Part shown: piece by piece, positions 14,541 through 27,512 of the stretch
Position numbering within the stretch: the stretch's first letter is position 1
How the letters are laid out: each line of letters begins with the position of its first letter
Source: Phoronis australis
Lineage: Eukaryota; Animalia; Phoronida
Reading direction: 5' to 3'
NCBI GenBank assembly: GCA_002633005.1
Contig: NMRA01000343.1
Coordinates: 124,001-188,000 of the forward strand
DNA: 64,000 bases
Made by a program: the position numbers and the translations under genes
The notes under the pieces: model-generated
What the model was told of the DNA's origin: nothing
Databases searched by the model: none
The model's input: only the letters and a program-made list of their open reading frames with translations

Positions 14541-15248
14541 GAACTAGTCACTAAAGGATGACAAAAATTTGATGCTGGCTGAAATAGGCAACTTGTTTGT
14601 ACCAAGTTTGGTCAAAGTCCAATCAACAGAAATAATAACCACATCCCAAAATACTACAACACCATTGTGATTCTGTGGTAATGAGGCAAATTTGTCATGA
14701 TGCAATTCTTTAGTGTTGAGTCTGAAATCCTCTTTCATTTAACCCAATTTTTAATTCTGGTGTGCAAGGCAGGCTAAGTTGACAGAGATGAAATGAAAAT
14801 TCATGGACATTTTGAGACGTTGGACATTTTTGATACTCCCACCGCACAACAGTGGAAGTTTGACGGCATGACGTCGCAAAAGAATTTACAAAAAAGGAAA
14901 TCTCAAGTTGCATTAAAACCTCCATACATGAAGAACACAATACATCAACTACACTATCACCACTTAACAAGGCAGATTTTATAATCTCAGAGATACCAGA
15001 AAATAGCTATTACCCACAATGTTATGAATCCAAACGGCATTTCCGTATCACTATAGGACACTGCTGTCATCAGATTCTTTCAGATATTAGTAAGATTATC
15101 GTTGCTCAATATAAAACATACCTGCTCTAGTTAATTCAGAGGTTATTCATAGATTCAGAACAGCATCTGTGTTCAGACTAATTAAAAACCAGTGACATTT
15201 AAAATACCACTTTAGTTAGTGATTTTAATAAAACTGTTCAAACAAATG

Positions 15249-15595
15249 TCACAGCTTAGCAGATTTTTCTGTAATTTTATCACAGAGCCTTAAATAACAA
15301 ATCTTTTTCACTTCTTCAATTCCAGTTAGCAACTCCGTCATCTCGTCATTTTGCAGCCTTTCAGCTATTCCTTTCAATATGGCAACTTTCTTGTTTTCCC
15401 GTGCACAAATCACAAAAGGAAAACCAAACTTTTCCTTGTATCTCTTGTTGTTTTCATTCAGAAACTGTCGCTCACTGTCATTCATATCCGTAAGCCCCGC
15501 CTGTCTTTGTTCATTGGTTGATTCAGCAGTAAGTCCTCCAGAAGTGGCCAGCCTTCCAGCGAGATCTGGATGACATCTCAGTATCCCTTGCTTAC
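15249..15595 (-). CDS. URAD: OHCU decarboxylase (2-oxo-4-hydroxy-4-carboxy-5-ureidoimidazoline decarboxylase), exon 2 (terminal)
   Basis: Family motifs GILRCHPDLAG, ESTNEQRQAGL, NKRYKEKFGFPFVICAR, IEEVKKICYLRL. TTTTCAG acceptor, phase 1, TGA stop, C-terminal AKL (PTS1). Confidence 0.95.
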
Positions 15596-15725
15596 CTGAA
15601 AAAGATGTATTACTGTAAAATCTCACCAATTTCGGACACAATATGACCAACAAGTGAAATTTTATGTTCTCATATATTCTACATAAGATAAGTTTTAGAA
15701 AATTAATGCTTTCTCAAATTCAATN

Positions 15726-15994
15726 ATTCAGAAACTGTCGTTCACTGTCATTCATATCCGTAAGCCCCGCCTGTCTTTGTTCATTGGTTGATTCAGCAGT
15801 AAGTCCTCCAGAAGTGGCCAGCCTTCCAGCCAGATCTGGATGACATCTCAGTATCCCTTGCTTACCTGAAAAAGATGTATTACTGTAAAATCTCACCAAT
15901 TTCGGACACAATATGACCAACAAGTGAAATTTTATGTTCTCATATATTCTACATAAGATAAGTTTTAGAAAATTAATGCTTTCTCAAATTCAAT
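15726..15994 (-). other. Near-exact duplicate of 15456-15724 (partial URAD exon 2 plus intron), probable unmerged allelic contig overlap
   Basis: 269-bp direct copy separated by a single N at 15725. The two differences I noticed are synonymous (GAG/GAA, CTC/CTG). Confidence 0.8.
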
Positions 15995-16007
15995 TTTGTA
16001 TCACAGT

Positions 16008-16430
16008 TACTGTCAAACAATGTTGCTATAAGTACATTTTGCATGGAGGGACACCTCAGAAGGCTGTTGATGTCCTTTTGCGCATGGAGGGACACCTTTG
16101 GAGGTCGTTGATGTCTTTAACTATTCCCAGCTCAGACAAATACTCCTACAATCAAACTCTTTTCGAACAGTCCTTAATTCAGTCTCCCAAATTGGCAACT
16201 GGCCATTTTTACACTGCTTGCACCAGGAGACATGATGCCATATATACACTGGCGCGAGCAGTGTTGGCCAGTTGCCGATTTGGGCAACTGAACAAAGGAC
16301 TGTTCAAAAAGAAAGTTATATTGTGGGAGTATTTTTTCGAGCTGAGAAGATTAAAGACATCAAACGCCTCCTAACCTAAGGTGTCCCTCTATGCGCAAAA
16401 GCTACTTGTAGCAACATGACTTTGATGGTT
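16008..16430. mobile_element. Foldback MITE in the URAD intron
   Basis: Whole element is an imperfect palindrome (e.g. TTTTGCGCATGGAGGGACACCT vs AGGTGTCCCTCTATGCGCAAAA; CCCAAATTGGCAACTGGCCA vs TGGCCAGTTGCCGATTTGGG). Confidence 0.7.
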
Positions 16431-16805
16431 TATAATCAGTGTGAGAAATCAATTATTCGCTGAAAAGCTTCCAGAGTATGGATGGCCTATGGATGACTAC
16501 CGTCTCTACTACGGCCAGTTGAGAAAGTGATAAGACAAGCACTTATTTTTTCCAACAACAATTTTCTGATGTGGTAGGTCTGACTACTGAATGCAGTATG
16601 TAATGCAAAATAGGTAGAGTTGGAAGGTTCACCGTGCAACAAATATATATTATATGATTGATATTAATTTCATTCAGACAGTAGTTTCACTTTCACAGCA
16701 GCCGTAGGACGTAGGGCCTACCACAGGCGTCCTGAAGCTGAGGGCGCCTGTGCCTGTGGGGCCTACCACTGGTAGGCCCTACCAGGATACGGACGGTAGG
16801 CCTAC

Positions 16806-16995
16806 CTGTAATGGGTTGCTCATCTATGAACCTCGAAATTTTGTGCATCAAGTCACCGACATCTGAGAATGGTCTATCAGCCCAAACTGCAGCAGCACAC
16901 AGGGCACAGTGTTCCACTACATTTCCAAACAGCGAGATAAAAGAGTCGTACTCGAGGGAATTGACGTCGTCGAGGGTTACTGGTTGTTGGTCCAT
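16806..16995 (-). CDS. URAD: OHCU decarboxylase, exon 1
   Basis: MDQQPVTLDDVNSLEYDSFISLFGNVVEHCALCAAAVWADRPFSD is the typical URAD N-terminus. CAG|GTAGG donor in phase 1 joins exon 2 in frame (178 aa total). Confidence 0.93.
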
Positions 16996-19900
16996 CACGA
17001 AATGACAAACAGCGCTCCTAACGGTTTCGCATAGGTTTAGCGTCTCCTCGCGGGCAGGTTGTAGACTATTTCTATAATTCTGAATGTACAGAGAAAGGTT
17101 GGTGGTCAACCGACGCGACAATAATTTCCGTTTAGTTTTAATTGCAAAAACATTTATGAATCAGTCGATTTTTGTAGATAAATAGCAGGCGATATTTTTA
17201 TTACAGTTCATAGTCGCGTTGTGTAGTTTTTTCAAACTGAATTACCCATCGTCGCGGTTAATTGAGGCGATTCAATTCGGACTCGGATACGACGACACAA
17301 AACTATAAGTATAGCATATATTTTTTATAGTAAATATAGAATATAAATGATATGCATTAATACAGAAGTCGTGAAAATTTCACACAGAGTTTGCGGACAT
17401 GGTACAATATCAGAACCAGTGATCACTGAAACTGAGTCTGCACCCTTTTGTCCGGTACGGTGAGTAGGCCTTACTCCTAGTTTTGGACGACGAGGTCGAA
17501 GGAAATTGTGACCACAGCAAACATACGAAAAGCCCGTAAAGAACTGCACTTGACCGCCAAGATGCAGAACTTTTTAAAGATAAGGGATGAGAAATACCAA
17601 CTTGAGTCTGTAACGTGCAAGGCCCGCAGTGCCATTAATGCAACGAACACACTGCAGAACTTACAGAGAGTTAAATTCTAATGTAGACTCTGCTAGGGCG
17701 GCTCTCCCCTGAATGCCGCAGGCATACGGGCGTTTTTGAGACATAACGTTATGTTTTCATTTAAAAGGAAGTTTTAGTGAAATCAGCTGGAGGTTATTCT
17801 TGCACATAAAAATTTGATTTGAAAACGTGGTCAAGTGAAATTAATAAAGACACAGTAATAAGAAGCATATCTTTAGAATCCTCAATCTTCATCCTTTCAA
17901 GAAATGTGTAATTTTAATGGTTGACAAAGCACAGTTTTTTGATATTTGACTTAGAGTTGAGGTCGTTTATTAAGGTCCTAGATAACCTTATCGCCAGACA
18001 GATTATCATGTGTTATAGCACATCGAATCTGAGGTCGAGAGAATAATATGAGGCATGGTAACGAACCAAGCAATTTTCCAACTAAAATAATTCCAAGTGC
18101 ACTTTAGAATATACGAGAGTATTTGAATACTACGATACCTTTGTAACTAATTTTAAATAGTTAAGACTTCCACCAGTTACCTCTTTGTTGGAGTGGCTGT
18201 CGCTTGAAGTCGCCATTGTTTTGTTTACAATGAAAGGTCCATAGGCCTATAAGAGAAATGTGCTACGTCTATGTCTTGTCATATCAATTATGGAGATGTG
18301 CTTCAGTGCCTTGTGGCAGCAAAATCGACAAAGTGACGAGCTTTGACATCAACAGAAATTTAAAACCTTTACTAAAAATGCGTAAAAATACCTGGTGAGC
18401 ATGTTGAATTGTGTTTCACGTGGCATAGAACCAGTCTGAATAACTTAAATGCAATCTGTTTTTCGTATTCTAGGCCTTTTTAAGATTTTGACTTAAGTTT
18501 TGTTTTAGTTTTGACGAATGTAGCGGATGTGAAAGTTTCAAAGGAAGTTGAGACAAATCTTAGACTTCAGTAAAAAAGGAACTTAAGTCAGTTTCTTGGA
18601 ACGGACCTCACTGAGTCTTATATAGCCGCTTTCCTGAAAGCGACCGTCATTGCAACGCGCTGCTTTTTTGTTGTTTTGTTTTTGCCATTTCTGATAAGCT
18701 GGTTGCATGTATAGCCTTCTATTTATATCTGTGACTGAAAAACATTTGAAAAAAGTCTTGGAGAGGAAAAAAGGAATACAATGTTTTGTCGCAATTTTCC
18801 AGCACGATCTGCTACATAAGGCAGTCAGGGAGTCGAGGTTTACTTAATAATAGTAAAGCAAGTTATATTAGCACTTAAAATTTCATACGTTTTGTTCCAT
18901 CGGACCAGATGGACCTGAACTGCTCTCTTTATATTTCCAAGTTTGAATTTCCAGTGCACTAAGGAACAGTTGACCATTCCTGAAAAGGGAACTGTAATTT
19001 ATTCTGAATAAATTCTGGATAGTTTTCTATGAATTGTTGATTAATTTCACAAATAATTCAACACCAAAAATTAAACTTATATTCTCTAAAGAAGCTAAAA
19101 AAATACCGGCTTGGAGCGCTGCTTAGTCTCGTGACGTATTTGGCGGGGGCAAAGTCACTGTCCTGTGTTAGCGTGCAATCAAGTAGCGTTCTTCATATTG
19201 TCGGAATAAGAAATTTTAGTGTGAAATGTCGGGTCACCAGGGATACCTGTTTGAGCCGAGGCAACACAAAGTGATACCCAGTCATCGTCANACCATAGGA
19301 GGCTGGGGGGAGGGCTATAGCTCCCCCCACTTTCGCGGTGCTGCGCCGGCCATGCAACTCAATGATATTTTCTCGCATAAGTTTTCTTCCGTCTGTAGAC
19401 GTGTCTGTTCAACAAATTACATTTCTGTCTGTTAGTTGACCACTTTATTTGTTGTTCTTAGGTTTATTTATTTCAACAGGTTGCAAGGCATGGCACGAGT
19501 GGTGAACTATCACGATAGGCCTATACTCGGGCCAGGACTGAACGAAAAACGTTCAGGCAATGTCCTAAAGCGGTATGTCAACACCATATTTTTATTATGC
19601 CCGGAAGAAGCTAGTTTGTCGGAGACCTGCCTCTCTCCCAATTTTGAATGGCAGAACTACATTTATAGTTAAATGATAAGAAGTTGCAACTTCCTTTGCC
19701 ATTTTCTTCGGTAACTTGTTGTGCTTTGCAAATAGGGACAAAAAACGTATTACTACAGAAAAGTTCACAAACTAGACCGGTCTCATATCGGGTCATAAAG
19801 CGTGGGATATTCAATGTACTGGCCATGTAGCCTCCAACGCGCAATCGGCTTCGTGCAAGTCCGGCAAAAATTTACTCAAGTAACTGACTATATAGAGGTC

Positions 19901-22202
19901 ACGTGAATTGGTGGATAGGTGTCGCTTTAGTGCTTCACCACGAAATAAAACCAGCGTACGTAGTCTAACAGACTAAGAACGTGTTGACGTTACTCAGCAG
20001 AGCAAAACCAAAATAATATTTTTAACGTGAAAGAAAAGTCATTGTGGCAAGTAGACCAATCAGCCTCGCAAGTCACGAGCCTGAATACATCTGCCTAATC
20101 TCTACCATGGTACTCCTCTAGGTACAGCTCTTGAACAACGGTGAACCGTTGCCAATCGGATAATTTAGGAGTCTGGATCGTTGCGACTCTTATGGGATGG
20201 ATATGTGGGTAGGTAAGAAACTTTATTTTTTAACATTCGGGGTGCGTTCCAGATTAGAAATCAAATGTTTTGAGTCGTGAACATATTTCAATCACCCCCA
20301 GTAAATTTGACCTAACGCGAGACATTTGAAAAGGCAAGATTGTAAATGTCAGTAGGTCAACAATCCTCTCAATTTACAAATAAAAGTATCTGATGGGCAT
20401 TAAAGTTAACAAGAAACAATATCGCTGATTCTTTTTAACATCTTTATTTATTTCTCTCAAGCAAAGCTTGATATGCTGCAAAAGATATGAAACATAAACT
20501 TTTGTTTGTTGGTAAGAAATCTATAAACACATTGTTTCCAAAAATTGAACTATCCCAGCTGATACTCGTCCTGTTTTCAATAACACATCTCACTGAATAT
20601 TCAATTGATTTTCCAGAATTTTAAGAAAACAAGTGACCTCTACGTTTTTATGAAACAAAAACTTAGCGAGAGTTTGGGTTGCAAATGCGGCCGGTACAGG
20701 AACTACCCTCTGACACTGCGCCACCTGTACTGAGTGGCCTTGCAGAAACAAAATGAACTACACACGGAATGTGGGCATCAATGCGCATGCTTGGTCTGAA
20801 GTTTACCCATCGGATCCCATCGCCACCACTTGCACACGTCTTCTATGCACAGTACTTGTTTGAGCTAAACCCACGGGACTGGGGTTTCCTTGATTTTGAT
20901 TACTTCAATCACTGTCCGTTTTAATAAATTGCAACCGTTTACTATTCAAGTCCAAGGTGGTCACCATTGACTACGCGGCTAACAAACTGAAAGGGGTACG
21001 TGTCCCAGATTTCAACCAATGGGAATGACCGAGTTTTATGACGCCAGTTTCATTACTTTAACCAATGAGAATTAGCCATGTTTAACAACATTCCACAGTG
21101 CTATATTTCGTAGCACTGAGAAAGAGTGTTTGTACTGCACTGTTCCTGAGCAACATACGGGACTTGTCATAAGGAAATGAGTGGATATATTCAACTGATT
21201 ACACATGGTTACTTGTGATGAAACTGTCAGTCATTTGTGGAAAAGCATCTAGTGACAGAATATGAATCGCAGCAAAAATATACATAGGCGGATCGAGAGG
21301 AGGGATCCATGGGGTCAGACCCCGCCCTTTTTTGGCCAAAGCGACAAACAAAAAAACATGGGGACTTGACGATTTCTCTTTCATATTTCTATACACCACT
21401 GGGTGCAGAGGTCACGACAATAAGAATCGTTACCAGCGGTTTTCCACTCATCGTTTCAGTGCGATACAGACCTCTTCAGAAACCAGTCGTTTTACTTGGA
21501 CTTAAAAAGCTGGATCTGCCTTTGTCAGTAGTACGTCTGCATTAAGTGCGTTCATCAGATTTCACTGATCGTTTACCCAAAAACGTTTTCAGTTTTAATT
21601 ATCCCCATCTGATGAATTGTTTGGCTAGAATTTTGTGTCTGGACTCCACATAGAGCCAGTGGGGATTTCAGGGTGTTATTTATAAATAATGCAACAGTAC
21701 GCGATGAAAGTAACCAATTTTTTTACATCAAAAATAGCCCGCGTAACCTGTTTCATCAAAAGCCGGCAATTCTCTGGCCAACTTAATTATATCACTCTGA
21801 GCTGAGTTGGTTTTTTCTACACAAATTGCCCAAGACGACAAAAGTTCGAAAGTGACAAACTTTGCAAATGCAACACAACAAGTTTGAACGAGAGAGACAA
21901 TAATTCCAACTCTGTTAATGCGAACTTCCCCAATTCCCGGCGGTTCTTCTCTCTTAAACCACGCATCTTTACAAATCTTCCAGGAGACGCAGAGTGTCTG
22001 ATGTGGCACGGATTTTGATGCAACGATATCAATCGATCTACCGGTATATTCTACAATCAGAAACACAAAAGTCATACGGTTTGTAAATATTATCCTCTTA
22101 TGACTATGAACTACAGTACAGGAGAAATAAGCAGTAGCAGCGCATTTATGAGAAAAAAGGACACACTCCAGGGGCGGATCCAGGATTTTGAGTGGGGTGG
22201 CN

Positions 22203-22674
22203 AAAAATAGCCCGCGTAACCTGTTTCATCAAAAGCCGGCAATTCTCTGGCCAACTTAATTATCTCACTCTGAGCTGAGTTGGTTTTTTCTACACAAATT
22301 GCCCAAGACGACAAAAGTTCGAAAGTGACAAACTTTGCAAATGCAACACAACAAGTTTGAACGAGAGAGACAATAATTCCAACTCTGTTAATGCGAACTT
22401 CCCCAATTCCCGGCAGTTCTTCTCTCTTAAACCACGCATCTTTACAAATCTTCCAGGAGACGCAGAGTGTCTGATGTGGCACGGATTTTGATGCAACGAT
22501 ATCAATCGATCTACCGGTATATTCTACAATCAGAAACACAAAAGTCGTACGGTTTGTAAATATTATCCTCTTATGACTATGAACTACAGTACAGGAGAAA
22601 TAAGCAGTAGCAGCGCATTTATGAGAAAAAAGGACACACTCCAGGGGCGGATCCAGGATTTTGAGTGGGGTGGC
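22203..22674. other. Near-exact duplicate of 21730-22201, probable assembly overlap artefact
   Basis: 472-bp direct copy separated by a single N at 22202, with few SNPs. Confidence 0.8.
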
Positions 22675-22794
22675 AAGGCAGAGTATTAGCCAGGATTTTG
22701 CCCGTCAGACATTCGCACCCCCGAACTGCCAAATGGAATCTGGGAGAATTTTAGGGGGCCATGGCCCGCTTGGCACCCTCTAATTACGCCACTG
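22642..22794. mobile_element. Short non-autonomous TIR element, family B (~150 bp, 5-bp TSD)
   Basis: CAGGGGCGGATCCAGG...TACGCCACTG with TSD CACTC. Other copies at ~24433-24578, 31778-31934, ~35767-35914, partial at ~1897. Confidence 0.8.
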
Positions 22795-23959
22795 CACTCG
22801 CGGCAGACGAGGAAAATTGTCTCGGTGGGGGGCGGGGGTATTCAACCGTACCTTTGTTGACGGGGGTGGCGGCTGGAAAATTAGAACTCCCCCATCTGAG
22901 GCAGTATTCCCCAGGCTCACGAAACATGATGGACCTGTTAGATCTTTGCTGGGCAGCAGCTGGTATCACGTGGCTGAGAACTGTCAGGGAAGCTTGATGA
23001 ATCGTTTTTGGAAGTGAAGACGGTATTGTACATGTAGCACAGCAGAGACCAAACGGCACCTCTTGATTGGTGTCAGAAATATGACGTCGAGTAACTCAGC
23101 AACAAGGCACAGATTGGCTCCCTTAACACAATGGTTCTCTTTCACTTTCACTTTCATTTCCATCTTGATGTCCGCTGGGTGAAGACACACTGTCCGCGTA
23201 TATTGCGCTGTTAATTAATTTAAAAAAGAAATTGGGCAACAGGTAAACATGGCGCAAATGAATGATTACAGAAACAATAGAAAACTCTGTGTGTGTGTGT
23301 ATTTATGCATGAACGTGCAACGCAAACAAATACACGAGTATTTTTTTTTTCGAATGTTAAGTAAACACACCTGTTCGTAAACGTTTCATTTATAAGTACA
23401 GAACAAACACGCAGAAACCAAACGTCACCTTTTTCGTAAAATACAGTAACATAATTCAAACACCCAAAAACATCTGGTTGGAAAACGCCTAACATGAAGT
23501 TTGATAGATTGTCGAAAGTGGCTCTAAGACTGGAGCTGAAAAATTATCAGAGGCCAGACTATTCTGACATTTATCCAGGGCCCGTTCGTGTAAAGAATGA
23601 CAAGATTTTTGTATGGAACCGTACCTCATAAGTCTCGCTTCTATGATTCCATTATGAACAATCAAAATTCAAATGAAAATGAAATTCGGCCTGATTTCAT
23701 AACTACAACACTCAATGAAAGCTCAGTCGAGCAGGTAGTGCACACTAGCTGTGGAGTTTCAAAGTAGGTTGTTAGCACGCCTCCCACTAAAAACTCCAAA
23801 GTCGACTGCTACATCCGACAAATCAGTAGAGCCAGTTTGGTAATGACCGTGTCCTTATAAAGTTGGAAAGAATATCACAACTGACACTTTACCCTTCACC
23901 GACGATCGACCATCGTGGAAGTAGGGGTGCCGAGTGACGAATCCAAACGCGTAGCTCAT

Positions 23960-24360
23960 TGCCCAGTCTCCAATCTTTTTACTCGAAATGTAACTTGAAA
24001 TTAGGTTTGGCATTTTCTACTCTACTTTTGGGCGAACTCAAGATAAGTGTCTATTATTCTATGCTCGAGTACACAATAACTTACGTAGATAATTTAGTGT
24101 CCTTAGTTCTCAGTTTGTAAACCCAGTATTAAAGCAATAAGTTCGAGTTTGAACTCGAAATTTCGAGTTTTTACTCGAGTTTGTAGCACGCATATAAGGG
24201 TCTTCAAGGGCAAACTTGAACTAGGAACTCCTATGCATAAACTATAATGTATTCGAGCAGAGTCTGATAACCTATTATCTTAAGTTCGCACAAAAGGAGC
24301 AGAGAAATTGCCAAAAATAGTTTCGAGTTCGTTTCGAGTACAAAGATTAGAGACCGGGCC
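23960..24360. mobile_element. Foldback MITE with GCCC termini (Harbinger/Tourist-like)
   Basis: GCCCAGTCTCCAATCTTTTTACTCGAAA ... TTTCGAGTACAAAGATTAGAGACCGGGC long imperfect TIRs. Superfamily assignment tentative. Confidence 0.65.
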
Positions 24361-26099
24361 CAGTCCTCACATTCCACATATACTATTCCAACTACATAGC
24401 ACTGCTACGTAGAGATTTTTTTGTCGTCATCCCAGGGGCAGATGCAGGATTTTGAGTGGGGAGGGCCAAGGCAGAGTATTAGCCAAGATTTTGACAGTCA
24501 CACGTTCACACCCCCGAACTGTCAAATGGACTCTGAAAATTTTAGGGGGCCATGCCCCCCCCCGATATTCCCCACTTCATCCAGTTACAATGGTCAGCCA
24601 TTTTTTCTGAATCATAACACTCATTATAGCATCAGGTGTGTTGCAATGTTGTACAGAAAGTAATCATATGATAGTTCTTACTTAATGACTGAAGAAATTA
24701 TTATTTTTTCAGCCTCATCATTTTATGCACTGAACCACAAATGATAAATACACAGTGCAATTTTGGAAGCTGGTGTGTGGACTTAGCTCAAATAACACTT
24801 TGGGAAATGGAATGAGGCTAGTTTGATGCATTTTTTGTAAATCCATGTAACTTACACCAAACGGAACCACTGGCCTAACTCATTTTAGAAAAAAAATATC
24901 CGCGTTTTGCGCACTTTTTAAGACCAAATTTACCCCTACATAACCATAACAAAGAACACTTGCTAACTGCCAACGTGAGACAATTTGAGTACGCTCAGCG
25001 AAGCTAATGATATCTGTTCGTAAACAATAGGCCTAAATTGGTGCTGGATTTACAAAGGTTAAATTTCCGATTCATTACTTTTACAGCTGGAGGCTGGTCC
25101 GATTCATTGAGTATTGTAAATATGTTTGACCTCCCCCTCGTCAGGTGGGGTTACTGAACTAGTGACTGTAGCACGGAGCATGGAGTCAATATTGATTCAA
25201 ACGGATCACAGTGAACTTGATATCGTTCTGTTCTTGTTTAAGTTCGTGCATGCAACCCGAATTTTTCACATACAGAGTGTATGAAAAAGCACAAAAAGGC
25301 GGAATCAGAGTCCTGAAATAAACATTGAGTTCAGTCAAGGAAAATGATTTTTATAATTTGGACCACTTACCGCTACAAAATCGGTCTCAGCTTTCTTTTT
25401 TCCTTACTGGGATGAAAAGTGATTTTTGGTTTTGCAAAGAATTGACAGTTGTTGGTACTCAAGACTATGCTCAGTGAGCACAATTTTAAAAAACGATATC
25501 CCTGAGACAAGTCAACGTAAAAGCCATGTCAAACAATAAACGAACTGTCAGTACTTTCCAAAACGCGACTAAATCGCATGCACAATTTTGACTGAGGATA
25601 AATTTGAGATCAATTTAATGACAGAAAGTGGTCAAAATAAAAAATTGGTTTTGGTGACAACCAGGCACTTATAATAATACGATTCGTTCGCTGCGCATGT
25701 CTGAAATGATTATCGATTTTAACGACGAGATCACACTGAAGTTTGACCACACATATTTGTGACACCTTCGACGCCGATGGGCACGAAATGACATTGAAAA
25801 CTAATCAACTGCAAACCGAGAACCACTATCGGTTGAGTTTTCACAAACGTTGCATTTTCTAACTGCCTTCACAAACTTGATGTTTTCTTTATCGGTTCGT
25901 CGTACATTGTACTGAGTTGTCATCGGCGTTGTGTAATGGTCCTACCAGTTATCATCGTTTATGTCAATATTTGGAGAACAATAGCAAGGAGTGTGATTCG
26001 CCCCGATCTGATACTTTCACGGCATCAATTATTTACCAGGTAAACTTTTAGTAGCCTGAATCAATTTATATGGGAAAAGGGACGGCCGTGTTCAACTAC

Positions 26100-26258
26100 A
26101 AGCCTCTTGCCGCAATTGTGAGTGACTGAAGCGTGACGTGCCATCCTCGACAAAAAGCCTGAGTTCCGCCATCTTAGTGGCACGACGATGGATTCCGGCG
26201 TTGGGTACGATACCGCTTACGCGTGGGTTCTAACATATGTATTAAATATGCCGCTCAG
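26100..26258 (+). other. Candidate non-coding 5' exon of MCT copy A (5' boundary uncertain)
   Basis: GC-richer block ending in a consensus CAG|GTAAGT donor, conserved upstream of copy B (CAG|GTTAGT at 37314). The ATG exon is preceded by an acceptor, so an upstream UTR exon is expected. Confidence 0.4.
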
Positions 26259-26559
26259 GTAAGTGACTTTTTCCGTGGCGGACTACGAAAGAGTGTCTTT
26301 CCGATTAAAGGCCCAGCAAATTTCGCATTAGCCTTGGTTGACGCCAAAGGGGCGTATTTTTATATAAGAATTCAGCAAAAAGGTTTCACATTCTATTCGA
26401 TAGTTGTTGTGTTAAAAGTAATTCAATCCAAAGGGCTGTTCATTCAATGTTAATTCAATAAAATCACTGTTGTATTATTGTCATTTACTGACGTCAGCTA
26501 TGACGTTGTCATAATGGAGCTTTCAATATATTACTTGTTTTCTAACACCTCTTGTCTTT

Positions 26560-27512
26560 CAGTGGCGGATCTAGGATATCACAAGGGGAGCCCAACATTT
26601 GGTCTGTAAACATTTGCTCAAAGCACGATTGTAGATGCGCATAGCACCGATTGGGGGGAGGAAATTTTTCTGTTTTTCCTCTAAAAACCAAGCATTTTCC
26701 TTGATTCCCGAAGTATTGTCCAAGAAAAAAGGCAAAAAAAAGAACGAATAAGGTGTCAACCACGAAAAACTGCTAGTACCACAAACTTACACTCATGACG
26801 TAGCAGATATAGCGCGCATGCTTTACCACTGCACCACCACGATCAACTCCTCTTTTGATACTAAGAGACCTACTTGTTTATGGTCCACAGCGTTTGCGCG
26901 CGAAACCTCCTTCTTTTTGTAATGCTTATTACATGTTTTATATTTTGTGCAATCAGTTCGTGACAAATTTGTTGTATTTAAAATAGTCTTCAATTGCCCA
27001 ATAGACCAAATCCGTTTTTTGTCTTGGCAATAACGACGCGATTGCTTTGGAAATCGTCTTAAGTTAAGGTTTGACAAAGAGAGAATTCTGAGTTTCTGAG
27101 TGATTCACTAAGGCTTCGATTAAAATTGACATTTTACCAACAGCTTCTGTTTTTTTCACAATCACTCAAATTCCATTTTCTTTAAAAACTGAAGTAATTT
27201 TCTTCATTGCACAGTGGAGCAGACGGCGGAAACGGAGTCGTAGGACCCAGCGCAACTGCCGGTAGCCTGAAATATCGCGGGAGAGCCTATACTTAGTCAT
27301 AGTTCCATTACAATTGCGCCGTGTTCCGAAATTGACTCTTGGAATTGGATCTGAGCCCCCCCCCCAAACACTAAAACTGCACTCATTTAAATCTTGTTTC
27401 AGTCGTATTATTTTAATTACAGGGGTTAATTAATAAACTCAACATTTCCCTACGCTCTTGCTGTTTTATTTTTTTGCGGCAGCCAAGGGGGTGGGCCCTA
27501 AAACTGCCTATG
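26560..27512. mobile_element. Non-autonomous TIR element, family A copy 2
   Basis: Same termini, TSD TCTTT. The paralogous empty site with a single TCTTT is visible at 37939-37943. Confidence 0.85.

Noticed and set aside
15720-15994. Second URAD exon 2 (apparent exon duplication or alternative exon)
   Set aside because: Near-exact 269-bp repeat abutting a single N; typical unmerged allelic contig overlap.
15934-16374. 146-aa plus-strand ORF in the URAD intron
   Set aside because: Lies within a foldback MITE and has no protein-like features.
21728-22539. Tandem pair of 115/142-aa ORFs suggesting duplicated genes
   Set aside because: The duplication is centred on a single N (artefact), and the ORF has no recognisable homology.
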